Assembly (NCBI GenBank): GCA_015232825.1
Contig: JADFYY010000001.1
Span: 20,978-84,977 of the forward strand
DNA length: 64,000 nucleotides
Direction of reading: 5' to 3'
DNA from: Magnetococcales bacterium
GTDB lineage: Bacteria > Pseudomonadota > Magnetococcia > Magnetococcales > Magnetaquicoccaceae
In this document: positions 39,056 through 48,294 of the stretch, piece after piece
How the letters are laid out: each line of letters starts with the position of its first letter
How positions within the stretch are numbered: position 1 is the stretch's first letter
Position numbers and translations under genes: made by a program
The notes under the pieces: model-generated
What the model was told of the DNA's origin: nothing
The model's database searches: none
The model's input: the letters and a program-made list of their open reading frames with translations, nothing else

Positions 39056-39222
39056 TATAAAGTTCCTTCCAAATAAATAATCTGGCCTTCGCGGCGCACG
39101 ATGTCGATCAAGGGGATGCGATCATCCTCTTCCCATTGGCGCAGACCCACGCCGACCGGTTCGATGCGCACATCCGATTTCAGGTGTTGTTTTTCTTCTG
39201 ATTGAGATTCAGAAAGAACCAT
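39055..39222 (-). pseudogene. Short ORF (55 aa), probable 3' remnant of a minimal nucleotidyltransferase (MNT) gene
   Basis: My translation: MVLSESQSEEKQHLKSDVRIEPVGVGLRQWEEDDRIPLIDIVRREGQIIYLEGTL. The RIEP...WEEDD...I.RREG end resembles MNT C-termini; the catalytic N-terminus is absent. Its TAA overlaps the gajA-like ATG. Confidence 0.5.
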
Positions 39223-39485
39223 TATCCAATATTATATAAATCATTGTTTTTTGTGTACGGAGGGCGAACGGATAGGATTCTTAGAGCATCTTGCAATAAA
39301 AAATTGTAGTAGCCACAGGGCAATACTAAGCCTTGCATTAGGCTTTCATCGCAGTTCCTTTTCATTCCTCCAGGAGTGATGCTGATATCGATGGCTTATT
39401 TAATATGACTCCATATCTATGTGGTCGGGTTGTTTAGTTTGATGGTATGAAATCAAATTTTTGAAACACTACCCAAAAAAACCGG

Positions 39486-39803
39486 TCAAGCGAACTTGAA
39501 CAACCGATCAAAATGGGCCGCGCCAAAAATTCTTTTCAAGTTGGTATTGCAACCAACAATGGTAACATTGGAATCCACCCCGCCAGCTTTCTCCCGCAAC
39601 ATCAAAAGCATTCCCAGTGCCGCACTGTCAACGTGCTGCACAAGAGAACAATTGATGATGATCGGCATGGATTTCAGATCGTCGCGGTTTTTGAATATCG
39701 TTAAAAATTCTCGATTGACCTCGTAGTCGAAGGTGCCACTTAAGTCAATCATCAATACACATTCGGACTCCGGTTCCTGCACCTCACGAACGGTTATCCC
39801 CAT
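39486..39803 (-). CDS. STAS-domain anti-sigma factor antagonist
   Basis: LSGTFD...VDSAALGMLL motif; GGGGAG SD before the ATG at 39803. Confidence 0.85.
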   Translation of the reverse strand: MGITVREVQEPESECVLMIDLSGTFDYEVNREFLTIFKNRDDLKSMPIIINCSLVQHVDSAALGMLLMLREKAGGVDSNVTIVGCNTNLKRIFGAAHFDRLFKFA

Positions 39804-39828
39804 CTTTACTCCCCCATTATCAATCCAT

Positions 39829-40704
39829 TCAACCCGCTTCCGGTGCAACATAACAGGGACAAGGGACTTGAATCAAGGGTTTGCCAGGATGATCCAGACG
39901 AACCGCTGTCAATTGTCCACCATAAACACATCCAGAATCCAATCCCAGAAAACGTCCCTTGGCATTTAATCCTGCAGCAGCCCAATGCCCATAAACCACC
40001 TGCAAACCTTCTGGCCATTTTACCAACTCATACCACGGGCGCAAAGGCAACAGATCAGACTTTGCAGAAGTCAATGCTGGATTGGACCAAACCAACCGGC
40101 CCTTTTCCTCACAAAGACGAATTCTGGTCATGACCGAAAAGGCAAAACGTAAACAATTCGTTGCATTTTTTAAATCTGCATTGGAAAAATTCAAACAAGC
40201 TGTGGCGTCTTCTTCCACTGCCGAAAATATTTTTTCAGCGTCTGAAAAAAAAGGACCGATTTGCTCGTCATCTTCCAAAATCTCATGCAATTTTTCGGCC
40301 CGTTGTTTGGCGTCTTCAAGGGTCCAGTCGGGATGAACTCCCGCATGAACCATGACGGTCTCCAATTCTGGATCGTGATGCAGCAAAGGCAAACCCCGCA
40401 ACCACGTATACCACTCCTCGACGTCTGGAGCTTGGGTCAAAAATCCCATCTGAGAGTCAAACAAAGGATCCCCATGACCACTCAGCCCCATCAAAGCCCT
40501 TGCCTCATGATTGCCCATCAGGGTGATGGCACGATCCCCAAGGTCACGAATAAACCGCAACGTTCCCAACGAATCTGGTCCACGGTTGATCACATCCCCA
40601 ACAAACCACAACCGATCACGACTGGCGCGAAAACCAATGGCTGTCAGCAAAGATTTTAGTTCAGGAAGAGATCCATGAACATCTCCAACAGCGTAAACGG
40701 CCAC
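39829..40704 (-). CDS. apaH: Symmetrical bis(5'-nucleosyl)-tetraphosphatase
   Basis: GDVHG, GDVINRGPDS, GNHE, VHAG, GHWAA and LDSGCVYGG. GTG start at 40704. Confidence 0.9.
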   Translation of the reverse strand: MAVYAVGDVHGSLPELKSLLTAIGFRASRDRLWFVGDVINRGPDSLGTLRFIRDLGDRAITLMGNHEARALMGLSGHGDPLFDSQMGFLTQAPDVEEWYTWLRGLPLLHHDPELETVMVHAGVHPDWTLEDAKQRAEKLHEILEDDEQIGPFFSDAEKIFSAVEEDATACLNFSNADLKNATNCLRFAFSVMTRIRLCEEKGRLVWSNPALTSAKSDLLPLRPWYELVKWPEGLQVVYGHWAAAGLNAKGRFLGLDSGCVYGGQLTAVRLDHPGKPLIQVPCPCYVAPEAG

Positions 40705-40708
40705 TTTG

Positions 40709-41182
40709 TTACGCCTTTCCCCAAAGAGAAAATGGGGTATGAACCAGATTTGCATTAAAATATCGAGAATCACTAGAAACTTCCTGCCCCACCCAGGTCG
40801 GGAGATCCACGACCTGATTTTCATCCGTCAACTCCACTTCGGCCACGAGCAATCCCTGATTCGCTCCCCGAAACTCATCCACTTCCCACACCAAATCACC
40901 TATGGGAATCCGATAACGGGTTTTTTCGATCCAAGGACGTTCGCACAAGGTATTTAGCATGATTTGGGCATCGGCCTTAGGAATAACATATTCAAATTCC
41001 AGTCTAGATAACCCTTCCATCACACCCTTGATGGTCAAAGTCGCCTTGTCTCCAGCAATGCGAACCCGAACCACCCGTTCTTTGACTGTCGAGAGAAAGC
41101 CTTGCTGATAATCCATACCACTCCCAAGAGAACGCCACTCATCCCCTTGCACCAAAAAACGCCGTTCAATCTCTTTACCCAT
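40709..41182 (-). CDS. CYTH-domain (triphosphate tunnel) protein
   Basis: EIERRFLV, RVRI...LTIKG, EKTRY, WEVDEF and AEVEL. Confidence 0.9.
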   Translation of the reverse strand: MGKEIERRFLVQGDEWRSLGSGMDYQQGFLSTVKERVVRVRIAGDKATLTIKGVMEGLSRLEFEYVIPKADAQIMLNTLCERPWIEKTRYRIPIGDLVWEVDEFRGANQGLLVAEVELTDENQVVDLPTWVGQEVSSDSRYFNANLVHTPFSLWGKA

Positions 41183-41197
41183 GATTATGTGCCACCT

Positions 41198-41947
41198 TTA
41201 TAGAATCAAGTCTTCTGTCCAAGGATCATCTATCCCTGTAAGTGGAGAGTCGTTACGCAACACGGATGCTAAGGCCAGCATGGCCTTGCGGGCACTGCCG
41301 ATGGGATAGTAATTGGCATCCCAGTTGTCATGGCCTTCGCCATCATGTAGGTGAATGACGTGATCGAACTTCCACGCTTCCCGCATTTCCGTAAGGGCGT
41401 TGGCACTTCGTTTTTCAATGTCTTCCAGATCCCGTAATGACAAATGGCTCTTTTGCCGCATCACCCGATGCAACAGCTTGCGACGTTGCACTTCAGAGAC
41501 AAATTTATTCAAGTCTACGCCGAACGGCACAGACTTGAGATAAAGAATCTCCTCCCTGGAAAGGGGGGAGAGAAATACCGAAACCGTTGGAAACTGTTCA
41601 AACAGACCGGCTTCACGCAATTTTCCAGGAACAAAAGGATTCCCTTCAAAGAAGGGAATCTGTCCCGCCGCAAAAATCCGTTGAATCTGGGCGACTTCCA
41701 AAGCCTGCAGGTCTCCGCGCACGTCGGCAACAATAAAACCGTCTTTGCCTCGTAACGCCTCAATTTCGCCACGTGGGCGAAAAAAGCTGTCTACGCCCTC
41801 TTCTTCACCTGGACTCGGTGTACGATCATTAAACAGCACAAGCTGTTTGAAGTTCGCCATTAATTCAGGATAAAACATCCGCATGATGCGGACCAACGGT
41901 CTCTTGCCAACGCAGGATGGACCGGCCAGGAAAACAATTCGCTGCAT
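41198..41947 (-). CDS. Guanylate-kinase-like P-loop protein
   Basis: LAGPSCVGK P-loop, R.P.PGEEEGVD..F and VFLSPLS. Divergent from canonical Gmk. Confidence 0.6.
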   Translation of the reverse strand: MQRIVFLAGPSCVGKRPLVRIMRMFYPELMANFKQLVLFNDRTPSPGEEEGVDSFFRPRGEIEALRGKDGFIVADVRGDLQALEVAQIQRIFAAGQIPFFEGNPFVPGKLREAGLFEQFPTVSVFLSPLSREEILYLKSVPFGVDLNKFVSEVQRRKLLHRVMRQKSHLSLRDLEDIEKRSANALTEMREAWKFDHVIHLHDGEGHDNWDANYYPIGSARKAMLALASVLRNDSPLTGIDDPWTEDLIL

Positions 41948-41948
41948 G

Positions 41949-42407
41949 TTAAAGAGCCAATTCCCGTTTGAAAATAGCCTTATGGATATCCCCCAGACTG
42001 ACGATACCCACCAGCTTATCTCCATTCTCCACCACAGGAATACGGCGGAAACGATGTAAATCCATCTGTGAGGCCGCCATCATGATCGGATCTTCCGGGG
42101 AGACGGAAAAAACACGACTGGTCATGAGATCTTCTACCTTGCGGGAGAGAATCTCTTGATAGACGTTCTCCATCGCCTCGAAATCCAAGGTGATTTTTGG
42201 ATTGTGAAGAAAGGAACGATAGCCGGGGAGCAATCCGTTCAGGATATCCTTTTCGGAAATCATCCCGACCAACTTATCCGTCCCTTCAACAACAGGTAAT
42301 CCGCTGATTTTGTTGGTACAAATAATTAAGGCAACGGAACGAACAGACGCATCCCTGGTTGTGGTGCGTATACTTTTGACCATCACATCTTTGATAAGCA
42401 TGGGCAT
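41949..42407 (-). CDS. CBS-pair protein
   Basis: ISGLPVV...LVGMISEKD and RRIPVV...LVGIVSLGD. Confidence 0.9.
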   Translation of the reverse strand: MPMLIKDVMVKSIRTTTRDASVRSVALIICTNKISGLPVVEGTDKLVGMISEKDILNGLLPGYRSFLHNPKITLDFEAMENVYQEILSRKVEDLMTSRVFSVSPEDPIMMAASQMDLHRFRRIPVVENGDKLVGIVSLGDIHKAIFKRELAL

Positions 42408-42479
42408 TATCCTTTATTGAATGTGCCATGAAAAGCACGTACTGAGAAACAATTATGATTCACTCATAATCCAACTTTG

Positions 42480-42968
42480 TCAATCAAGAAAAATTTTAAG
42501 CACACCATCTTCCTCTTCAGAATGGATCTGCAAAGCCATGACCAAGGCATCTTCTTGGCCGGATGGTCCCTGTCGATAATAACCTTTCCTTAAAGAAAGC
42601 TCAACAAATCCAAGCTTTTGATAAAGTAAATGTGCGCCATAGTTTGAAACCCTCACCTCCAACACGATGCCACGACTTTTACTTGCTAAAGCTTCTTGAA
42701 TGAGCCCTTGCACCAAGTACCCACCCAACCCTTGCCGACGAAAAGGCAATGCTACTCCGAGCGTCAGTAGATGCCACTCGTCAAATTGCAGACGGGCAAC
42801 AACGTATCCCACCACCCCACCCGCTTCGTCTAGCACCACCCTTTGCCAGGAACCAAGACGGATTTCCTCATAGAACATCTCGGCGTTCCAAGGTTCAATG
42901 GCAATCAGTTGCTCCAACGCCACCACTTCTGCAATATGAATGGGTTGCAAAGGTTGCAATGGGTTCAT
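42480..42968 (-). CDS. rimI: Ribosomal protein S18 N-acetyltransferase
   Basis: GNAT motif RRQGLG, LEVRVSN and RKGYY...EDALVM; follows tsaB. Confidence 0.88.
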   Translation of the reverse strand: MNPLQPLQPIHIAEVVALEQLIAIEPWNAEMFYEEIRLGSWQRVVLDEAGGVVGYVVARLQFDEWHLLTLGVALPFRRQGLGGYLVQGLIQEALASKSRGIVLEVRVSNYGAHLLYQKLGFVELSLRKGYYRQGPSGQEDALVMALQIHSEEEDGVLKIFLD

Positions 42969-43687
42969 GGGGGCGCGAACCGGATAGCCACCGCTTCTTT
43001 GGCATCGGCCCGTCGCAGATACATGGGTTCTAGCATTGCAATAGTCTCTGCATTAGAAGTGCCAACTCGCTGTTGGGCCATGAGGCCCAAACGTTTGAGA
43101 TCAAACTGCCATAAAGCGGGATCTGCCACTTCGCAGCCGGTTTTGAGGACTGCATGAAACAGCGGGGCATATTCAATCAATCCATTGCCGATCAACACCA
43201 TTTTTTCCGCAGTACCTTTTAGGAACCCAACCAATTCTTGAGCAAAGTCAGCCGGATCCCAAAGTGCGGGCGGCAGCAGTGAAACTGGATTGATACCCTT
43301 TTGCATCTGATATAAGCCAGCATACACCTCTTTGCGCCTCGCGTCGAGAAGTGCTGCAACGTTTCTTCCGTTGACACCAAGCCCAGCCACCAGCAACTCC
43401 AGCGTCGAAATACCGACAACCGGCGTACCCAAGGCGGCAGAAAATCCTTTGGCCACTCCCAAGGCAATGCGCGACCCGGAAAACGAACCCGGTCCAATGG
43501 TGACTGCGAGCAGATCCAGATCATGGCCTTGCCAACCCATCTCGTTCATAAGGCGGTTGATCTCTTGAGGCAGACGGGCCACATGTCCTTCCGCTCCCTC
43601 AAAGTGACTCATGGCCGCCACCTGATCCCCTTCCAGCAAAGCGACGCCGCCTTGCGCAAAGGTCGTATCCATAGCAAGAACTCTCAT
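42965..43687 (-). CDS. tsaB: tRNA threonylcarbamoyladenosine biosynthesis protein TsaB
   Basis: LAMDT, GPGSFSGSRI, DARRKEVY and EPMYLR. Confidence 0.92.
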   Translation of the reverse strand: MRVLAMDTTFAQGGVALLEGDQVAAMSHFEGAEGHVARLPQEINRLMNEMGWQGHDLDLLAVTIGPGSFSGSRIALGVAKGFSAALGTPVVGISTLELLVAGLGVNGRNVAALLDARRKEVYAGLYQMQKGINPVSLLPPALWDPADFAQELVGFLKGTAEKMVLIGNGLIEYAPLFHAVLKTGCEVADPALWQFDLKRLGLMAQQRVGTSNAETIAMLEPMYLRRADAKEAVAIRFAPP

Positions 43688-45621
43688 GCGAAAAATCGGC
43701 GTACCGCCTCTAGGTCAGAAGTTACCGGGGCTGAAGGCAGCCCAACCATAAAATCCCGTCCATACCCTTTGGTAGAGAGACGAACATCCAAAACCGCCAT
43801 GACTCCCCGATCATCTGTCTTGCGCAACAGTCGCCCCAACCCCTGCTTCAAGGAGAGAATCGCTTGAGGCAAAAACATCTCGCGAAAGGAGTTGCGTCGG
43901 TTCATCTCCATCCATCGCCGTCGGGCCGCAGCCATGGGTTCTGTCGGGGAGACAAACGGCAGACGATCTACGATTACCAAAGAGAGGGTCTCACCGGGTG
44001 CGTCCACCCCTTCCCAAAAACTGGAAACACCCAACAAAACAGACGACGTTTCATTTTTGAACGCCTCCAGCAAAGCCCCTTTGGAGGCCTCGCCCTGGGT
44101 GAAAATACGATATGGAATTTTGCCTTCAATCCCGGTCCGCACCAGTTGCAACATACGAAAACTGGTGAACAGGCACAAAGCGCGACCCGAACTGATGGTT
44201 AATAAGGCAATAATTTCCGCAATCGCCGCATTCGAAAAACTGGGATCTCCTGGTTCAGGCAGATGTCTGGGCAAATAGAGCAGACTGCGCGTTGGATAAT
44301 CAAATACTGGCGGAAGTTGACATACCGTTACTTCAGTCGGAGCCAATCCCAATTGCTCTTGAAAAAAGTTAAAACCAACGGGGGCTGGACCCGAAGTTAA
44401 AGTGGCTGAGGTAAAAATCACTGTTTTGGTGCGAGGATGGAGCAACTCCCGCATGATTGGACCGGTCTCCAAAGGGGCCGCCGATAGATAAATCCCCCGT
44501 CCACGAGTTTCGTACCAATAGACTTGCGAGGGGTCATTCAACGCTCGAATTTTGGCCATGCCCTCTTGCATCTCTTCTGTACGACGACCGCAAGCAGCCA
44601 GACCCGCCGAACGGACCCGATGGGGTTCCAAGGCATCCTTGAATCCATACAATGCCCATTCCACGGCATTAATGGCGGTTCCAGGGTCACGTTTTAACTC
44701 TTCTGGTGTCAAACTGAGCCGTTGATCCTCTTGAGGAAAGGCGTTACGCAACTGGAATGCCGCCTCCTCTAAGCCGACCAATGCGGCCAGCACGCCATCA
44801 TCTCCTCCACCCACCTCATCGAACTCCCGCCGCGAGTCGCCAATCAAATCGCGAATCTTGTGATTGCTGATTTCTGTGGCAAAAAAACGGGTGGCCACAT
44901 CAGGAATGCGATGGGCCTCATCAAACACCACGGCATCGTATTCAGGCAAAATCTCGCCGAATCCCCCTTCCTTGACTGCCAAGTCCGCAAAAAACAGGTG
45001 GTGATTGACCACCACCAGATTGACCGCACGGGCACGCTCCCTGGCCCGATTCAAAAAACATCGATCAAAATCCGCACACTTGCGCCCCAGGCAATGATCC
45101 CCCCCTGCATTGATCCCGGCCCACAAGGAGAGCCATTCTGGCATATTTTTGAATTCGTCTCGTTCCCCGGTTTCGGTGGTGGTGGACCAACTCTCCAATC
45201 GCAAGGCCCACTCGCGCTCACGCTCCAATACGGGCAGACCCGATTGACAAAAAGCCCGATAGCGATACAAACAGAGATAGTTGCTACGCCCTTTAAGAGC
45301 CGCCGCCGAAAAAGGGTGTTGGGCCGCCTGCCTTACCAGCATCAGATCCTTGTCCATGATCTGATCCTGCAACGCCTTGGTGGCGGTGGATACGATCACC
45401 CGACGCCCCAGGGTCAATAAAGGCAGGAGATAAGCTAGGGTTTTGCCGGTTCCGGTTGGGGCTTCCACCAGAAGCGTTCCATCCTTTTGGGAGGCCTCAA
45501 TAACCATTTGGGCCATCTGGGTTTGCACAGGACGTGCCTCATAACCAGTCAGGGTTTTGGCCAAACGGCTTGCCGGACCAAACAGCTCGGTCACCAATAT
45601 TTGAACATCAAGGGTTGTCAT
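43684..45621 (-). CDS. DinG/YoaA-family ATP-dependent DNA helicase
   Basis: EAPTGTGKT, Fe-S cysteines, DEAH, TSAT, FWEGVD and QGLGRLLR. Start taken at MTTLDVQ. Confidence 0.9.
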   Translation of the reverse strand: MTTLDVQILVTELFGPASRLAKTLTGYEARPVQTQMAQMVIEASQKDGTLLVEAPTGTGKTLAYLLPLLTLGRRVIVSTATKALQDQIMDKDLMLVRQAAQHPFSAAALKGRSNYLCLYRYRAFCQSGLPVLEREREWALRLESWSTTTETGERDEFKNMPEWLSLWAGINAGGDHCLGRKCADFDRCFLNRARERARAVNLVVVNHHLFFADLAVKEGGFGEILPEYDAVVFDEAHRIPDVATRFFATEISNHKIRDLIGDSRREFDEVGGGDDGVLAALVGLEEAAFQLRNAFPQEDQRLSLTPEELKRDPGTAINAVEWALYGFKDALEPHRVRSAGLAACGRRTEEMQEGMAKIRALNDPSQVYWYETRGRGIYLSAAPLETGPIMRELLHPRTKTVIFTSATLTSGPAPVGFNFFQEQLGLAPTEVTVCQLPPVFDYPTRSLLYLPRHLPEPGDPSFSNAAIAEIIALLTISSGRALCLFTSFRMLQLVRTGIEGKIPYRIFTQGEASKGALLEAFKNETSSVLLGVSSFWEGVDAPGETLSLVIVDRLPFVSPTEPMAAARRRWMEMNRRNSFREMFLPQAILSLKQGLGRLLRKTDDRGVMAVLDVRLSTKGYGRDFMVGLPSAPVTSDLEAVRRFFA

Positions 45622-45728
45622 GCGGATCCTGTCATCGTTATGAATGGTGCAAAAAAAACAGGGTAAACCTGTCCGAGTCAAGCTGCAAGCATTGATCCAG
45701 TCCATCCTTTTTTGTTACCATCCAAAAC

Positions 45729-46160
45729 ATGAAAATCGCTCGTTCGTTCACCTTTGATGCTGCCCACCAACTCGACCACCACGACGGCAAATGCCGGCGC
45801 ATGCATGGTCACGGCTACCGCCTGGAGCTGGTTTTCTCAGGCCTTCCCCGTCTCCCAAAGCCAGATGAACCCCAATCTGGATTTCTAGTGGATTTCGGCA
45901 TCCTGGATCGATTGGTGCGCACCGAATTAATCCAACCCAAACTGGACCATTTTGTTTTGAACGAATCCCTTCCTGACCTGCCTTATCACTCAGCCGAATA
46001 TTTGGCGGCCTGGATCATGGGATGGTGCATGCGTCATCTGGATGGTCGTGCGGAGTTGGGAACTACCCGTATCCTCTCCGTCTGTCTCTGGGAGAGTGAC
46101 CACTCTTGGGCCCAAGCCAGTCGTGAAGATGCCATCGAATTGGGATTTGTCGTCTCATGA
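45729..46160 (+). CDS. queD: 6-carboxytetrahydropterin synthase
   Basis: FDAAH, C.RMHGH, LVDFG, LDH and WES motifs. Confidence 0.88.
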   Translation: MKIARSFTFDAAHQLDHHDGKCRRMHGHGYRLELVFSGLPRLPKPDEPQSGFLVDFGILDRLVRTELIQPKLDHFVLNESLPDLPYHSAEYLAAWIMGWCMRHLDGRAELGTTRILSVCLWESDHSWAQASREDAIELGFVVS

Positions 46161-46786
46161 TTGGGGATGCCCCCCAACGCTTTCCCATATGCGAGATTTT
46201 CGCCTCCATTCAAGGTGAAGGGAGCTGGACCGGACGACCGATGATTTTTGTCCGCGTGTGGGGATGTCCCCTCTCCTGCCCTTGGTGCGACGAACCGCGT
46301 CATCGCGACCCAAAGACCAGACAACTCCTCACCCTGCCAGAAATTCTGGCAACCATGACCCAAATCGCTCCCACGATCCCTTTCGCTGTTCTGACTGGCG
46401 GAGAACCCCTGGCCGTCGAGGGACTTTCCGAACTGATTCGCGCCTTGAAGCAACAGGGCTACTGGGTTGCCATGGAGACCAGTGGTCAAGGCGGACCCCT
46501 CCCCGATGAACCCCCAGACTGGTTGACCCTGTCACCAAAATCCCCCTTACCTGAGAATGTTCTGCAATCCGCCAATGAAATAAAATTCATCTTAAGCCCC
46601 AAGGCGGATTCAACCGATACCATTCTTGCATGCGCCAGCCAACATTCCAATGTCTGGGTTCAACCCCGCGCTCATGGGAGTCAACCCGATCCCCTCGCTG
46701 TGGCCCGTTGTGTGACCCTGACCATGGAGTCCAAAGGGCGTGTGCGACTCTCTTTACAAACGCACAAGTATATCGGAATACGATAG
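46157..46786 (+). CDS. queE: 7-carboxy-7-deazaguanine synthase
   Basis: EIFASIQGEG, CPLSCPWCD, TGGEP, ETSG, LSPK and SLQTHK. Confidence 0.9.
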   Translation: MIGDAPQRFPICEIFASIQGEGSWTGRPMIFVRVWGCPLSCPWCDEPRHRDPKTRQLLTLPEILATMTQIAPTIPFAVLTGGEPLAVEGLSELIRALKQQGYWVAMETSGQGGPLPDEPPDWLTLSPKSPLPENVLQSANEIKFILSPKADSTDTILACASQHSNVWVQPRAHGSQPDPLAVARCVTLTMESKGRVRLSLQTHKYIGIR

Positions 46787-46958
46787 TCTATTGGTTTCGA
46801 TAACAGGATTAATTATTAACTGGCATCCATTGTGCAAATTGGATTGAGTTCACCCATGCATTGTCAGATTTTCTATACCAAAATTTATAGAAAAATTGGC
46901 ATATAAGGTAAAAATAGAATCCATTTAATCTTAACATGATGTCATATATAAACCGAGC

Positions 46959-48284
46959 ATGAAACTTTTCCCCAAAAATCCGACACCCTTTCACATCCGC
47001 CCATTGGAAATCATGGGAAATGATCAGGATGCGGCTGCACCGAGTTTGATTCGTGGCACGTGGCGAGTTGTCATGTTCAGTTTTATTCCATTAATTGCTT
47101 GGTCTTTTCTGACCAACCTTCAAGAGGTGGCTCACGCCCCTGGTCAAGTCATGCCCAGTGGTTCCGTGCATACCATTCAGCATCTTGAAGGAGGGGTTGT
47201 TGCAGAAGTATTGGTCCAAAACAATAGCATCGTTGAAGTCAATCAAGTGCTGTTTCGCATGGATGGCACGCAAAACAATGCGGAACTGGAACAAATAGAT
47301 GCCAATATTGCTGGATTGAATGCCCGCATTATCCGTACCCGCGCTTTTGCCATGGATCAAAAACCTGATTTTTCCAGCATCCCGGCTCGTTTTAAAAATC
47401 TGGCAGATACGCAGCAAAAAATATACGATGAGCAGGTTCTTTCGCTAGAAACCAACAAGGCCGTCATTCGAGCCCAAACAGCTCAACGCCAATCCGAATT
47501 GCAATCCTTGAACAATGCCTTGAAAACGGCTCGTGATCAGGTCGTTTTAACCACCAATATGTTGGGAATTCGTAAAACCCTGATGGATAAAGAGGCGATC
47601 ACCCGTCTGGTCTACTTGGAAACCCAAAAAGCCAACGAAACCGCACTCGGCGAAGTCAAACGTCTCAACAAGCAGATTGAAAATATCCAAGGGGCCATTG
47701 ATGAATCCAATAGTCGCATCAAACAATTGTCCGCCGATGCCCAACGTGCGGCCAACGACGAATTGACCCTTGCCACCAATGAATTGGCCCAAGTCAATGA
47801 ACAACGTATCGCCGCAGCGGATCGTGTCGCACGTCTAGAAGTCCGTTCACCCGTCCATGGTATCGCGCAGGAGGTAAACATCACCTCCAATGTCATTCCA
47901 CCGGGCGGAATTCTCGCCAAAATTGTCCCAACAAACGACAAATTGCAGGTTGAAGTCCATATCTCCCCACAAGATGTTGGACGAATCCGTTTTGAAAGCC
48001 CGGCGACCATTAAACTGACCAGTTACACCAATCGTTTCTTTGATCGTGTCTTTGGGGTCTTGACCTCGGTATCCCCAAGCACTCTGCTCGACGAGAAGCA
48101 GCAAGCCTATTTCAAGGGAATTGTCACACTGGAGAAAAACTATCTTGGAAATTCACCTGGAATGAGTCCTATTCTTCCAGGAATGTTGGCGCAGGTTGAT
48201 ATTACGTTAGACGAACGTCGGGTGATCGACTTAATTTGGCAACCTGTATACAATATTATTCACGACGCCTTTAAAGAACATTAA
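46959..48284 (+). CDS. HlyD-family type I secretion membrane fusion protein
   Basis: N-terminal TM, IQHLEGGVV, long coiled coil, RSPVHG and ILPGM. Confidence 0.9.
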   Translation: MKLFPKNPTPFHIRPLEIMGNDQDAAAPSLIRGTWRVVMFSFIPLIAWSFLTNLQEVAHAPGQVMPSGSVHTIQHLEGGVVAEVLVQNNSIVEVNQVLFRMDGTQNNAELEQIDANIAGLNARIIRTRAFAMDQKPDFSSIPARFKNLADTQQKIYDEQVLSLETNKAVIRAQTAQRQSELQSLNNALKTARDQVVLTTNMLGIRKTLMDKEAITRLVYLETQKANETALGEVKRLNKQIENIQGAIDESNSRIKQLSADAQRAANDELTLATNELAQVNEQRIAAADRVARLEVRSPVHGIAQEVNITSNVIPPGGILAKIVPTNDKLQVEVHISPQDVGRIRFESPATIKLTSYTNRFFDRVFGVLTSVSPSTLLDEKQQAYFKGIVTLEKNYLGNSPGMSPILPGMLAQVDITLDERRVIDLIWQPVYNIIHDAFKEH

Positions 48285-48294
48285 TGGAAATTCA

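Noticed and set aside
45729-46786. queD-queE as part of a 7-deazaguanine DNA-modification (dpd) defence system
   Set aside because: No dpdA/tgt paralog or other dpd genes are nearby; the housekeeping context fits ordinary queuosine synthesis.
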